Shown: piece after piece, positions 1-9,069 of the stretch
How positions within the stretch are numbered: the first letter of the stretch is position 1
Layout of the letters: the number at the start of each line of letters is the position of its first letter
Assembly (NCBI GenBank): GCA_021786105.1
Contig: JAJYNW010000026.1
Coordinates: forward strand, 1 to 64,000
DNA: 64,000 bases
Source: a bacterium
GTDB lineage: Bacteria > Patescibacteriota > Microgenomatia > Daviesbacterales > UBA10151
Reading direction: 5' to 3'
Position numbers and translations under genes: made by a program
Notes under the pieces: model-generated
Database searches by the model: none
Seen by the model: the letters and a program-made list of their open reading frames with translations, nothing else
Told to the model about the DNA's origin: nothing

Positions 1-130
1 TAAATTTTTGCGTTTTTTGTTCTTTTTAACCGGCGGCTCGTCCCAGTTTACCAAAAGGGCTTTGACACGCTTTGGCTGACCCCTCCCAGCCAGAGCCAGA
101 TTCCAGGCTCTTTTAAAAATTCTCGATCTG

Positions 131-202
131 TCGGGGACGAGAGAATTGAACTCTCTGCTTCTCGCTCCCAAAGCGAGCGTTCTACCGATGAACTAGTCCC
201 CG
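131..202 (-). tRNA. tRNA-Pro(TGG)
   Basis: Reverse complement folds as a cloverleaf: CGGGGAC..GTCCCCG acceptor, anticodon arm CTCGC-TT-TGG-GA-GCGAG, T-loop GTTCAAT. Confidence 0.95.
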
Positions 203-213
203 TTATAAAAAAG

Positions 214-275
214 TGCCGCGGGTGGGAGCTTTGCTTCGCGAAGCAAAGTCTTACGACTATGAACGAACCCACACC
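214..275 (-). pseudogene. tRNA 3'-half relic (T-arm plus acceptor strand) interrupted by a palindromic insert
   Basis: Minus strand GTGGGTTCG-[35 nt including perfect 20-bp palindrome 229-248]-CTCCCACCCGCGGCA; no 5' half seen. Confidence 0.55.
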
Positions 276-278
276 TTG

Positions 279-360
279 TGCTGGTGAAGGGAGTCGAACC
301 CTTATGCCTTTTGGGCACTCGCTCTTAAGGCGAGCGTGTATGCCATTCCACCACACCAGC
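279..360 (-). tRNA. tRNA-Leu(TAA)
   Basis: GCTGGTG..CACCAGCA acceptor, anticodon arm CTCGC-CT-TAA-GA-GCGAG, long variable arm, GGTTCGACTCC T-arm. Confidence 0.95.
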
Positions 361-425
361 GTCTTGAGTATTGTAACAAAAAAGTATTGACATTTAAAAG
401 AACATGATTTAATCTAAATCCCATC

Positions 426-1094
426 ATGTCAGACACCCAAAAAAAATTATTCTTTTTGGCCCTTTTCACTATCACAGGTTTTATTAGCCTACAGTTTTCC
501 TTCAACAAATTAGTTGGTTCCAGCGTTTCTTTTACTTTGTTTGATTTCTTTGGCCCAATAGCCGGGGCATTTTTAGGACCAGCTTTGGGATTACTTTCTG
601 TTTTGGGGGTTGAAGCAATTAATATATTTATCAAACACGCCCCGCTAACTACCGCCGCAGTCATCAGACTATTTCCCACTCTTTTTGCTACTCTTTATTT
701 TGCTTTCATGGGACAAAGACGGGTTGAGGAAAAATGGATTCTGGTTATCCCACTGGCCGCAATTCTGACTTTTGTATCTCATCCGATCGGCAGACAAGTA
801 CCATATTATGCTTTAATGTTTTGGTTGATCCCGGTTTTAGCCTACTTTAAAAGAAATAATTTGTTCATTAAAAGCCTGGGTGCCACTATGACTGCCCATG
901 CAGTTGGTGGAGCAGCCTGGATTTGGGCCTTTAATTTGCCGGCTTCAGTCTGGAATGGATTAATTCCGGTAGTAATAGCTGAAAGATTGCTTTTTGCTTC
1001 TGGAATTGCTGTTTCTTATTTAGTGGTTAAATACACTTTGACTTTCCTTGTTTCCGAAAGGATTCTGCCGAAGCTTGATATAATAGCTTCTTAA
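426..1094 (+). CDS. Polytopic membrane protein, ECF S-component-like
   Basis: 222 aa, about 6 hydrophobic helices, 'GPIAGAFLGP' pattern. Confidence 0.55.
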   Translation: MSDTQKKLFFLALFTITGFISLQFSFNKLVGSSVSFTLFDFFGPIAGAFLGPALGLLSVLGVEAINIFIKHAPLTTAAVIRLFPTLFATLYFAFMGQRRVEEKWILVIPLAAILTFVSHPIGRQVPYYALMFWLIPVLAYFKRNNLFIKSLGATMTAHAVGGAAWIWAFNLPASVWNGLIPVVIAERLLFASGIAVSYLVVKYTLTFLVSERILPKLDIIAS

Positions 1095-1729
1095 TGCTGT
1101 ATCCCAATTTAAAGTTTCCCAAAAGAGTAGGACGTCCTTTTTTCTATACTAATTTTGTAGCCACTGTTGATGGTAAAGTACAGGTTCTTAAAAACTCCAA
1201 GGATTACTGGCCAATCGGCAGCAAAACCGATTACCAGGTACTTTTGGAGCTTAGAGCCTATGCCGATTATTTAATTCACGGCAGCAATTTGGCTTCGGAA
1301 TTTGGAGAAATTACCCTAAATAGCTTAAATAAGCTTTCCTTTGCAAAAATGCGGAAAAAGCTGGGCAGAGATTCTAAATTGCCTTATTGCATTATTACCA
1401 GCCAGCCTAAAAAGTTTGCGGGTTTTGGGAATGAAGTAATTGTTGCCGGATCAGATCTGCGAAATTTATCCCAGCAGTTGCATGAGAAAGGATATAAAAA
1501 TGTGCTGGTGGAGGGTGGACCTACTCTTTTGGCCTCATTTTTAAAGGCTGATTTACTTGATGAAATTTTCTTAACCATCGCCCCCAGGATTTTTGGGAAC
1601 GAAGATAAGAAAACATTAAGCCTGGTTGAAGGCTATCTGTTTCCTAAAAATACCATCAAAAACTTAAGCCTTTTATCTATAAAAAGACTGAATTCCGAAA
1701 TTTACTTACGTTACAAAATAAGAAAGTAA
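1094..1729 (+). CDS. RibD C-terminal/DHFR-family reductase
   Basis: 'NFVATVDGK', 'VLVEGGPTL', 'DEIFLTIAP' motifs. Confidence 0.85.
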   Translation: MLYPNLKFPKRVGRPFFYTNFVATVDGKVQVLKNSKDYWPIGSKTDYQVLLELRAYADYLIHGSNLASEFGEITLNSLNKLSFAKMRKKLGRDSKLPYCIITSQPKKFAGFGNEVIVAGSDLRNLSQQLHEKGYKNVLVEGGPTLLASFLKADLLDEIFLTIAPRIFGNEDKKTLSLVEGYLFPKNTIKNLSLLSIKRLNSEIYLRYKIRK

Positions 1730-1752
1730 TTTTAAAAAACGGAAAATTTAAT

Positions 1753-2013
1753 TTATCGGCTTTCTCTTGGGCGGGCGATGTTAACTACGATCTTACGACC
1801 TTCAACATCTGCACCGTTAAGGTTTTTGACTGCGTTTTGAGCTTCTTCTTCAGTTGACATCTCAACGAAACCAAATCCTCTGGATCTGCCTGTTTCACGG
1901 TCTTTAACCACTTGTGCTGAAATAACGTTACCAGCTTGAGCAAAAATCTCAGCCAGTCTGGCGTCATCAACTGCCCATGGTAAAGAACCAACAAACAATT
2001 TCTTGTTATTCAA
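1753..2013 (-). CDS. RRM RNA-binding protein
   Basis: RNP2 'LFVGSL', RNP1 'RGFGFVEM'; SD GAGGTGA upstream of TTG start. Confidence 0.95.
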   Translation of the reverse strand: MNNKKLFVGSLPWAVDDARLAEIFAQAGNVISAQVVKDRETGRSRGFGFVEMSTEEEAQNAVKNLNGADVEGRKIVVNIARPRESR

Positions 2014-2177
2014 AAAAAATCACCTCTCTTTCTTTTCTTTTTCCGAAGGAAAAATAGTCCTACGGTTTATATTTCTGTGGAGGTGAATTACTGTAAAAAC
2101 ACTAAATACACACTACTCACAACTAAATTGTCCCATACTCCTTTTAAAATAGCAATAGTTTATTCAAAAGGGTGGAT

Positions 2178-2207
2178 CGCGCAAAAAGCGCGCAATTTAG
2201 CGCGCAA
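2178..2207. repeat. 30-bp direct repeat, copy 1 (flanks Fic gene)
   Basis: CGCGCAAAAAGCGCGCAATTTAGCGCGCAA identical to 3311-3340. Confidence 0.95.
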
Positions 2208-2213
2208 CACTTT

Positions 2214-3266
2214 TCAGGCTTTTAAAATATAGTACACCGCAGTTCCGCTGCCTTCCTGTTGAATCAATCCCTTTTCCACCAATTTCTTTAATTTAAGCTG
2301 AGCAGTCCTTTTAGCTACTTTCAGGATATCCACCACATCTTCTGATGTAATCCTGCCAACAGTTGTCATGAATTCAATAATGGGGATTTCGTCTTTATCT
2401 ACAAAAATCTGCTCGCCTTTTCCAGGGACTTTATCCAAACCCGTGCTCTGAATATCATCTTTAACTCTCATGGATTCTACTAAAAACCCTTCCGTAAAAT
2501 ATTCCAACCAGGAAGTAATATCCTGGCCAACCCTTTCCCGGTATGTTTTTTCAATCTGCAAAGCGTTGTAATACTCAAGTCGGTCTTGGTTGTAATATTC
2601 ATCTAAAACCAATATTTTTCGGAAATCCCAGCCGCTTTGCATCAAATATAGCTGGGTTAGAAGCCTGGTTGTCCGTCCGTTCCCGTCTGTAAAAGGATGA
2701 ATTGAGGCAAACTCCAAATGTAAAATACCGGCACTTATCACAGGGTGCAGATCATTGCCGGCTCCATTTAACCAGGCAAGTAAATCGGAAACTAAAGTAG
2801 GTACTTTTTTTGCAGACGGTGGTCGATACATAACTTTATCAATATTCTCGATAGTATTTACTACATAAACTGTTGAAGGGCGAAAGTAACCGCTTTTTTT
2901 AAACTCCAAAATCCCTTTGGTGACTTCCTTTTGAATTGCCAATACATCTTCAACATTAAATCTTTTTTTGGAAGCTGCTATTCTGTCTACCAAAAGCAGG
3001 GCATCCTGATAATTTTTAATCTCATCAATGGATTTCGGATCCGCCTTCACCTTTTCACCGCCTAAGACTTTATTTACCTGGAACTGGGCCAGTTTATTTC
3101 CTTCAATTGAGGTTGATGTATGGACCATTTTCACTATCGCCTGACGGCGGAGCTCTATCTCTCGGTGGGGCAAAACACGTGACCTTTCAACAATAGTTTT
3201 GATCTCGGAAATTTTACTGATTTTGTCTAAAATTGACGGGGTAATTGTATATTTTGGATTAAACAT
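2214..3266 (-). CDS. Fic family protein with C-terminal wHTH
   Basis: Fic motif HPFTDGNGRTTR; 'STSIEGN' inhibitory motif; likely start MFNPKY at 3266. Confidence 0.92.
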   Translation of the reverse strand: MFNPKYTITPSILDKISKISEIKTIVERSRVLPHREIELRRQAIVKMVHTSTSIEGNKLAQFQVNKVLGGEKVKADPKSIDEIKNYQDALLLVDRIAASKKRFNVEDVLAIQKEVTKGILEFKKSGYFRPSTVYVVNTIENIDKVMYRPPSAKKVPTLVSDLLAWLNGAGNDLHPVISAGILHLEFASIHPFTDGNGRTTRLLTQLYLMQSGWDFRKILVLDEYYNQDRLEYYNALQIEKTYRERVGQDITSWLEYFTEGFLVESMRVKDDIQSTGLDKVPGKGEQIFVDKDEIPIIEFMTTVGRITSEDVVDILKVAKRTAQLKLKKLVEKGLIQQEGSGTAVYYILKA

Positions 3267-3310
3267 AAGTTCATTGCGAAGCAATAATTTATTTATTATA
3301 CCATATTTAC

Positions 3311-3340
3311 CGCGCAAAAAGCGCGCAATTTAGCGCGCAA
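3311..3340. repeat. 30-bp direct repeat, copy 2
   Basis: Identical to 2178-2207. Confidence 0.95.
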
Positions 3341-3375
3341 TGGTTTGGGTTCACTCTCCGTGGTACAATTTTTGC

Positions 3376-5079
3376 ATGTGGTCTAAATTGTTGCTTCTTT
3401 TCTTTGTTTTTTCCTTTCTTTTTAAAACCGACCACTCATTTGATCAGGACTTGGGCAGGCACTTAAAATTAGGAGAAATCATCTGGCAAACCAAACAAGT
3501 ACCTCAAGTCAATCTGTTTTCATATACCAACCCGACATTCCCGTTTATTAACACCCACTGGCTTTTTGAAGTTATGTCCTATTTATCCAGCCAAACTGTT
3601 GGTTTACAGACATTATTGTTTATCAAAATAATTATTTTCCTGGCGGCTGTTTATCTGATTTTGAGAATAATCCCAAACGATAATAAAGCATTACTTTTAC
3701 CAACTGGCTTTATTTTTCTTCACGTACTACGGGAAAGAACTGAGTTAAGACCGGAGATTTTTAGTTTCTTCTTTACAGCCCTAACTCTTTTAATGCTGGA
3801 AAAGTTTTTAGCATTCAGACAAATATCCTCCGATTGTGGTACATTTGTCTCGAATATTAAACTGATCTTCCTGCTTCCTTTGATTCAGCTTATCTGGGTT
3901 AATACCCATATCTATTTTTTCATAGGCCTAGGTTTACAGGCTATTTTTTTAATCCACTTAACCTACCAATATTTACGCTTCAACCTGAAAGGTTACAAGC
4001 TAAAAATTCTGGGGATAATTTTTGTATTATCAGTCCTGATTAGCTTAACCAACCCTAATGGTGTAGGGGGGTTCTTATACCCTCTCAATGTCACCCAAAA
4101 TTTCGGCTATACCATCGTGGAAAACCAAACAATGTTTCTTTTGGAAAATATTAATTTTCAGGATCCCAATTTTTTATTTGTGAAGCTATCCCTGGCTATC
4201 ATCGCCTCAGCGTTAATATTCGCCGCCATTAAAAGAAAGCTATCCATCAAAAACAGCTTACTGGCTTTAGCTGGGGTAGTTTTGGCTCTGATAAACACCA
4301 GAAGCTTTCCTTATCTAGTGTTTCTATCATTTCCGGCCATTCTGCAAAGCTTGGGGCAAATTAAACCAAATTCCTCTACCAAGATTCTCACACTTATTTT
4401 CAGCTTACTTTTGCTAGTTGAAAGCTTCCTTTATCTAAACGGCGAGTATTACCGACGCAAAAACATGGACGATTCGGTGAATTTCAAACTGGTGGAGAGC
4501 GGTCAAAAAGCTATGGATTTCGTCATCAGTAATAACCTGCCAAGCCCAATTTTCAATAATTTTGATATCGGCAGTTACATTATTTACCGGGGATTTCCTA
4601 AATACCAAGTGTTCGTGGACGGCCGGCCGGAAGCTTATCCTAAGGAATTCTTCCAAAATATTTACATTCCTGTTCAATCAGATACCCAAAAATTTAAGGA
4701 GTTAGATCAAAGGATAAACTTCCAAACAATTATCTTTTCCCACACTGACCAGACTCCTTGGGGCAAAGCTTTTCTGACATCAATCGTGAAAGATGATAAT
4801 TGGAAAACAGTTTATTTGGATGATTTTATGATTGTGCTGGTAAAAAATGAAGTAGTTCAGCAAAAGAATCTGAAACCCGTTGACCTTTCTGCACTAAATC
4901 CAGGCAGTTACTCTTTTAATTCTTCTCTTTCATATCTTAAGCTCTCCCTTTTTCTCCTTCAAACCCAAAACCAACAATCTGCCAAAAAGTTTGCCGAAAA
5001 AGGTTTAGCTATTTTTCCGGGTAGTCCGCTGGGTAATGCACTTTTTGGAGTCACAACCACAAACCATATATTCTGGTAG
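3376..5079 (+). CDS. Polytopic membrane protein, probable GT-C-fold glycosyltransferase
   Basis: 'DLGRHLKLG', 'RPEIFS', 'WVNTH', 'VFVDGRPE' motifs; many TM helices; TPR-like end. Confidence 0.6.
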   Translation: MWSKLLLLFFVFSFLFKTDHSFDQDLGRHLKLGEIIWQTKQVPQVNLFSYTNPTFPFINTHWLFEVMSYLSSQTVGLQTLLFIKIIIFLAAVYLILRIIPNDNKALLLPTGFIFLHVLRERTELRPEIFSFFFTALTLLMLEKFLAFRQISSDCGTFVSNIKLIFLLPLIQLIWVNTHIYFFIGLGLQAIFLIHLTYQYLRFNLKGYKLKILGIIFVLSVLISLTNPNGVGGFLYPLNVTQNFGYTIVENQTMFLLENINFQDPNFLFVKLSLAIIASALIFAAIKRKLSIKNSLLALAGVVLALINTRSFPYLVFLSFPAILQSLGQIKPNSSTKILTLIFSLLLLVESFLYLNGEYYRRKNMDDSVNFKLVESGQKAMDFVISNNLPSPIFNNFDIGSYIIYRGFPKYQVFVDGRPEAYPKEFFQNIYIPVQSDTQKFKELDQRINFQTIIFSHTDQTPWGKAFLTSIVKDDNWKTVYLDDFMIVLVKNEVVQQKNLKPVDLSALNPGSYSFNSSLSYLKLSLFLLQTQNQQSAKKFAEKGLAIFPGSPLGNALFGVTTTNHIFW

Positions 5080-5099
5080 CTTAAAGTTAGTGTTATCCA

Positions 5100-6008
5100 T
5101 CAAACTAGGGCTTTTCGGGATTTAAAGAAAAAATAACCCACAATCAAAGCCGTGGCAACCGGAGATAACCAGGAAGGAATATGAAACCCAAAGCTATCCA
5201 AAAGCATAATGGTTCCCAGAACCAGAATAGAATACATCGCGCCGTTTTTTAAAAAGATATATTTTTTCACCCTTTCAATATTTGATACGGTCAATTGTCT
5301 GACCACAATCGCCCCAATGCCATTACCGATTAAAATCAGCGGCACCGACAGGGTAAAGGCAAAAGCTCCCACAACCCCATCTATGGAAAATGTAGCATCA
5401 ATTACCTCCAGATAAAGCAGCTTACTGATGACTGAGCTGGTACCGCTCAAAAGTTTTTGCTCATTAGCTTCAGCATTTTCCCTAAAACCATGAACGATGA
5501 AAAAGGCCGTTGAGCCTATGACTGCTCCAAAAGCCATTAACGGATTCCCCTTCAGGGCAAACCAAACTACTACTGATAATATTAACGATACAACCGCATA
5601 GAACCACACTCCTTGCCGGTGGAAAAATCGCTCTCCGATTAAACCGTAATGTTTTTGTTCCAAAAACAGCCAGTAAAAAAATAAAAAGACTAAGAAGATT
5701 CCTCCGCCTGAAAGCAGAATCGGTGCCGATCCTTCCACTGCCTGAGCCACACCAGGATTGCCGCTAAAAGCTGCCGTAAAAGCCCCAATCGGTCCCAAGG
5801 ATGGATTGACAGCCCAAACAATGACCCAAGGTAACCCACCCCTCAGCAAAAATACGGCAATTAAGAGCCCCCAGGAAAGAAACCATTTTCTTGATTTGCT
5901 ATCCATCCCGGATAATACTTCAGCATTAATAATGGCATTATCAATTGAAGAAATTGTTTCAAAAAGCACTAACCCGAAAATTATTAGAACAATGGTCAAA
6001 AAGTCCAC
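5100..6008 (-). CDS. DUF475/TerC-like membrane protein
   Basis: 'SIDNAIINA', 'LEVIDATFSIDGVVGAFA'. Confidence 0.85.
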   Translation of the reverse strand: MDFLTIVLIIFGLVLFETISSIDNAIINAEVLSGMDSKSRKWFLSWGLLIAVFLLRGGLPWVIVWAVNPSLGPIGAFTAAFSGNPGVAQAVEGSAPILLSGGGIFLVFLFFYWLFLEQKHYGLIGERFFHRQGVWFYAVVSLILSVVVWFALKGNPLMAFGAVIGSTAFFIVHGFRENAEANEQKLLSGTSSVISKLLYLEVIDATFSIDGVVGAFAFTLSVPLILIGNGIGAIVVRQLTVSNIERVKKYIFLKNGAMYSILVLGTIMLLDSFGFHIPSWLSPVATALIVGYFFFKSRKALV

Positions 6009-6028
6009 GAATATATTATACTAAAGTG
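6009..6028. promoter_or_regulatory. Overlapping divergent -10 elements (bidirectional leaderless promoter)
   Basis: TATACT (6017-6022) lies 6 nt before ATG 6029; TATAAT on minus (6015-6020) lies 6 nt before GTG 6008. Confidence 0.6.
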
Positions 6029-7339
6029 ATGAAAATTAAGAATATACCTAAATCACTCAAAAACTTCATTCTGTTTTTGGTTATTTTTGCCTTGGGAGTG
6101 GGTTTTGGGTATAAGTACATAGGAACCACCCAAAACAAACCTTTCATTAACACGGAGAAAAATACTTCAAATGCATTCGTCTTGGAAATTTATGACAAAA
6201 TTAAAGAAAACTACTGGGATAATATCTCCGATGCCCAACTTTTGGATCTGTTTAAGTTAGCCATTGACCGAAACGGCGGCAATGTCACAGTTCCCAAGTT
6301 TGAAAATAAGGATAAACTGTTGAGTACCATTAACAGCAGCGTCGCCAGTTTAAATGAGGATCAAAGAAATAAATTTACAGTTAATGTTGTTTCCCAGGTT
6401 TTAGCATCACTCAGCCCTAACGGCCGATCAGGGCTATACAACCAAAAGAACGAAGAACAGTTAAAAAATACCGTTTCCAATATTAATCCGGAAAAAGACC
6501 TTTATAAAGATTTGGGGGCACAAAAAGGAGCCTCCGAAGCAGCTATTGTTCAAGCTTTCCAGCAAAAAGCTGATGCTTTGAAAAATGATAACACGCCGCA
6601 AGCCCAGGAAAAACTAAAACAGTTGGCTTATGCCAAAGATGTTCTCACAAACAAGGATCAAAAAGTAAAATATGACCAAAATAAAGTGGAGCCGACTATA
6701 TTTACTAAAATTGTAGATTCGGGGATTTTGTATTTGCAGTTTAAAAAATTTGCTCCAACTTCCTTGGAAGAATTCCAAAAAGCTTTTGATGCCTACAAAG
6801 ACGACTCATCATTAAACGCCCTGATTTTTGACCTAAGAGGCAATATCGGCGGAGCCATTGACCAGACTGCTTATCTGTTAGGATTTTTCTTGGGCAAAGG
6901 GCAATATGCTTTTGATTTTTACCACAAAGGAGAATATTTACCATTCAAAACCCAGGCAGATAAACTGTTTAGCGTGACCAAATATAAACAGGTAGTGGTA
7001 CTGGTGGATCAAAATACCCAATCTTCTGCGGAAATGATGGCAGCCTCTTTGAAAAAATACCATGCCGGAGTGATTGTGGGAGTTCCTACCAAAGGATGGG
7101 GGACAGTGGAGCGGATTTTTCCTTTAGATAACCAAATCAGCAAAAGCGAAAAATACTCCCTTTTCCTGGTTCACTCTATTACTTTGCGGGACGACAACCA
7201 GCCCATTGAGGGTCGGGGAGTAGAACCGGATGTCAGCACTAAAGATCCCAACTGGACTCAAAAACTGCTTTTATACTTTAACAATTTGACGCTGGTAAAC
7301 AATACAGCCAAAACCCTCATCGGCAGTTTTTCTAACTAA
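6029..7339 (+). CDS. S41 (CtpA-like) peptidase with J-domain-like insert
   Basis: 'DLRGNIGG', 'TQSSAEMMA', 'TKGWG', 'IEGRGVEPD'; N-terminal TM anchor. Confidence 0.85.
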   Translation: MKIKNIPKSLKNFILFLVIFALGVGFGYKYIGTTQNKPFINTEKNTSNAFVLEIYDKIKENYWDNISDAQLLDLFKLAIDRNGGNVTVPKFENKDKLLSTINSSVASLNEDQRNKFTVNVVSQVLASLSPNGRSGLYNQKNEEQLKNTVSNINPEKDLYKDLGAQKGASEAAIVQAFQQKADALKNDNTPQAQEKLKQLAYAKDVLTNKDQKVKYDQNKVEPTIFTKIVDSGILYLQFKKFAPTSLEEFQKAFDAYKDDSSLNALIFDLRGNIGGAIDQTAYLLGFFLGKGQYAFDFYHKGEYLPFKTQADKLFSVTKYKQVVVLVDQNTQSSAEMMAASLKKYHAGVIVGVPTKGWGTVERIFPLDNQISKSEKYSLFLVHSITLRDDNQPIEGRGVEPDVSTKDPNWTQKLLLYFNNLTLVNNTAKTLIGSFSN

Positions 7340-7395
7340 TTTGATTTACGAAATTTAGCTTAACTTACTTATACTATTCGTGGTATATTAATGCA

Positions 7396-9069
7396 GTGAG
7401 AAAACACACAATTTTACTGCTTCTCATTATTCTTTCCGCCGTCTTTTTAAGGTTTTATCAAATTGACACAAATCCCAAATCAATGTACGGAGACAGTTTA
7501 ACTTTGGTCTATGACGCTTATTCAATACTTAAAACCGGCCACGACCAAAAAGGAAATTTCCTGCCTTTAGTTTTTTCACTCGGAGGAGGCAGGCCAGGCG
7601 GATATATTTATGCCACCATTCCTTTTGTCGCCTTTTTTGGCCCAACCGCACTTGCTGCCCGAATGGTTTCAGTCTTATCAGGTCTGGGAATAATTATTCT
7701 GCTTTATTTATTGGGTAAGAAATTCTTTTCAAAAAGCGCCGGACTGGCGATTGCCGCAGTTGCTGCCGTAAACCCCTGGGAACTGAGTTTAAGCCGGGGA
7801 CCGTTTGAAACCCACTTTGCTTTATTTTTAACCACCTTGGGATTTTATTCATTTTTGAAAGGATTGAAAAACAAATATTGGCTACTGGGGGCAGCTTTAT
7901 CATTCGGGTTGGCCACCCAAACTTATTCCACCTACCGGCTCACTGTCCCTCTATTTACGGGGTTACTGCTAATTTGGGGTATGTATTCGCAGGGCTTCAC
8001 TTTACGAAGTTACCTTAAAAAGCCTGCTTTCCTTGTTTTTGTAGCGGTAATTTCTATCTTCACCATTTTGAGTGTTTATCTGACAGTCAGCCGCGGCAAA
8101 GAAGACCGGTTTGATATCATCAATATCTTCAAGGATCCCACTTTAAGGTCCACAATTTCCCAGAAAGTTAAAGCAGAGATGACACTTGACAGTCTTTCAC
8201 CGTCTGTTTCACACACACTGCACAATCCTCGCATCGAACTGGCTGGGGTGCTGGCGGAAAATTACGCGGGCAATTTCCTACCACATTTTCTGTTTTTACA
8301 CGGCGACGGCCAAGTCCGGCATAATCCGGCCGAGATGGGAGAATTTTTCTGGATTGATGCTTTTCTTTTGATCGCCGGAGTAATTTTTCTATATCAGTCA
8401 AATAAAAAACTACTAATGCTGCTTATTGGCTGGATCCTAATTGCTCCGATCCCTACCAGTTTAGTCGGCGGCCCGCACGCTCTGCGCAGTTCTCTTTTAC
8501 TTCCCCCCATGCTGATCCTGACCGGCTTAGGCTTTTGGAAGATATGGAGTATCCGGGGTAAGCCTATCAATCTGTTGAACCCAGCTATATTTACCATCTT
8601 AGCTACGCTTTTTTTCATCCAATTTACTTACTTTGTTGACAGGTTTTACTTTGTTGCCCCGCAAAAAAACACCAAGGCCTGGTCATATCCGGCCAAGGAA
8701 GCGGCGCAACTGGCTTTGGAAAACCGCCGAAAATTTGACTTTGTCATACTGTCTAACGATATTGATAATATGGAATTTGCTTACCCGGTTTATGCTAAGT
8801 TGGATCCCAATTTGGTAATCAAACAAAACCAATCTCCTGCCAAAATCGGAGAGTTTAAGTTTTTTAAGTATGACAATGTTTATATTGGTTCCTTACCCAA
8901 CACCAGGGTAATGCAATTTATCAAGGACCTGCCTGGATCTGTTTTGTATGTAGGAGCAGAAAAGGAACAAAAATACTTGGAAAATTATCGCATGATTAAT
9001 GGTTTTGATGATCAACCAGATTTAATAATTACCGAAAAAGCCGCAATTAAGGATTCAAATTCCCAATAA
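7396..9069 (+). CDS. ArnT/PMT (GT39/GT83-like) membrane glycosyltransferase
   Basis: 'YDAYSILKTGHD', multiple TM helices. Confidence 0.8.
   Translation: MRKHTILLLLIILSAVFLRFYQIDTNPKSMYGDSLTLVYDAYSILKTGHDQKGNFLPLVFSLGGGRPGGYIYATIPFVAFFGPTALAARMVSVLSGLGIIILLYLLGKKFFSKSAGLAIAAVAAVNPWELSLSRGPFETHFALFLTTLGFYSFLKGLKNKYWLLGAALSFGLATQTYSTYRLTVPLFTGLLLIWGMYSQGFTLRSYLKKPAFLVFVAVISIFTILSVYLTVSRGKEDRFDIINIFKDPTLRSTISQKVKAEMTLDSLSPSVSHTLHNPRIELAGVLAENYAGNFLPHFLFLHGDGQVRHNPAEMGEFFWIDAFLLIAGVIFLYQSNKKLLMLLIGWILIAPIPTSLVGGPHALRSSLLLPPMLILTGLGFWKIWSIRGKPINLLNPAIFTILATLFFIQFTYFVDRFYFVAPQKNTKAWSYPAKEAAQLALENRRKFDFVILSNDIDNMEFAYPVYAKLDPNLVIKQNQSPAKIGEFKFFKYDNVYIGSLPNTRVMQFIKDLPGSVLYVGAEKEQKYLENYRMINGFDDQPDLIITEKAAIKDSNSQ

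Noticed and set aside
48-356. 102-aa minus-strand ORF
   Set aside because: It runs through tRNA-Leu and tRNA-Pro, so it is spurious.
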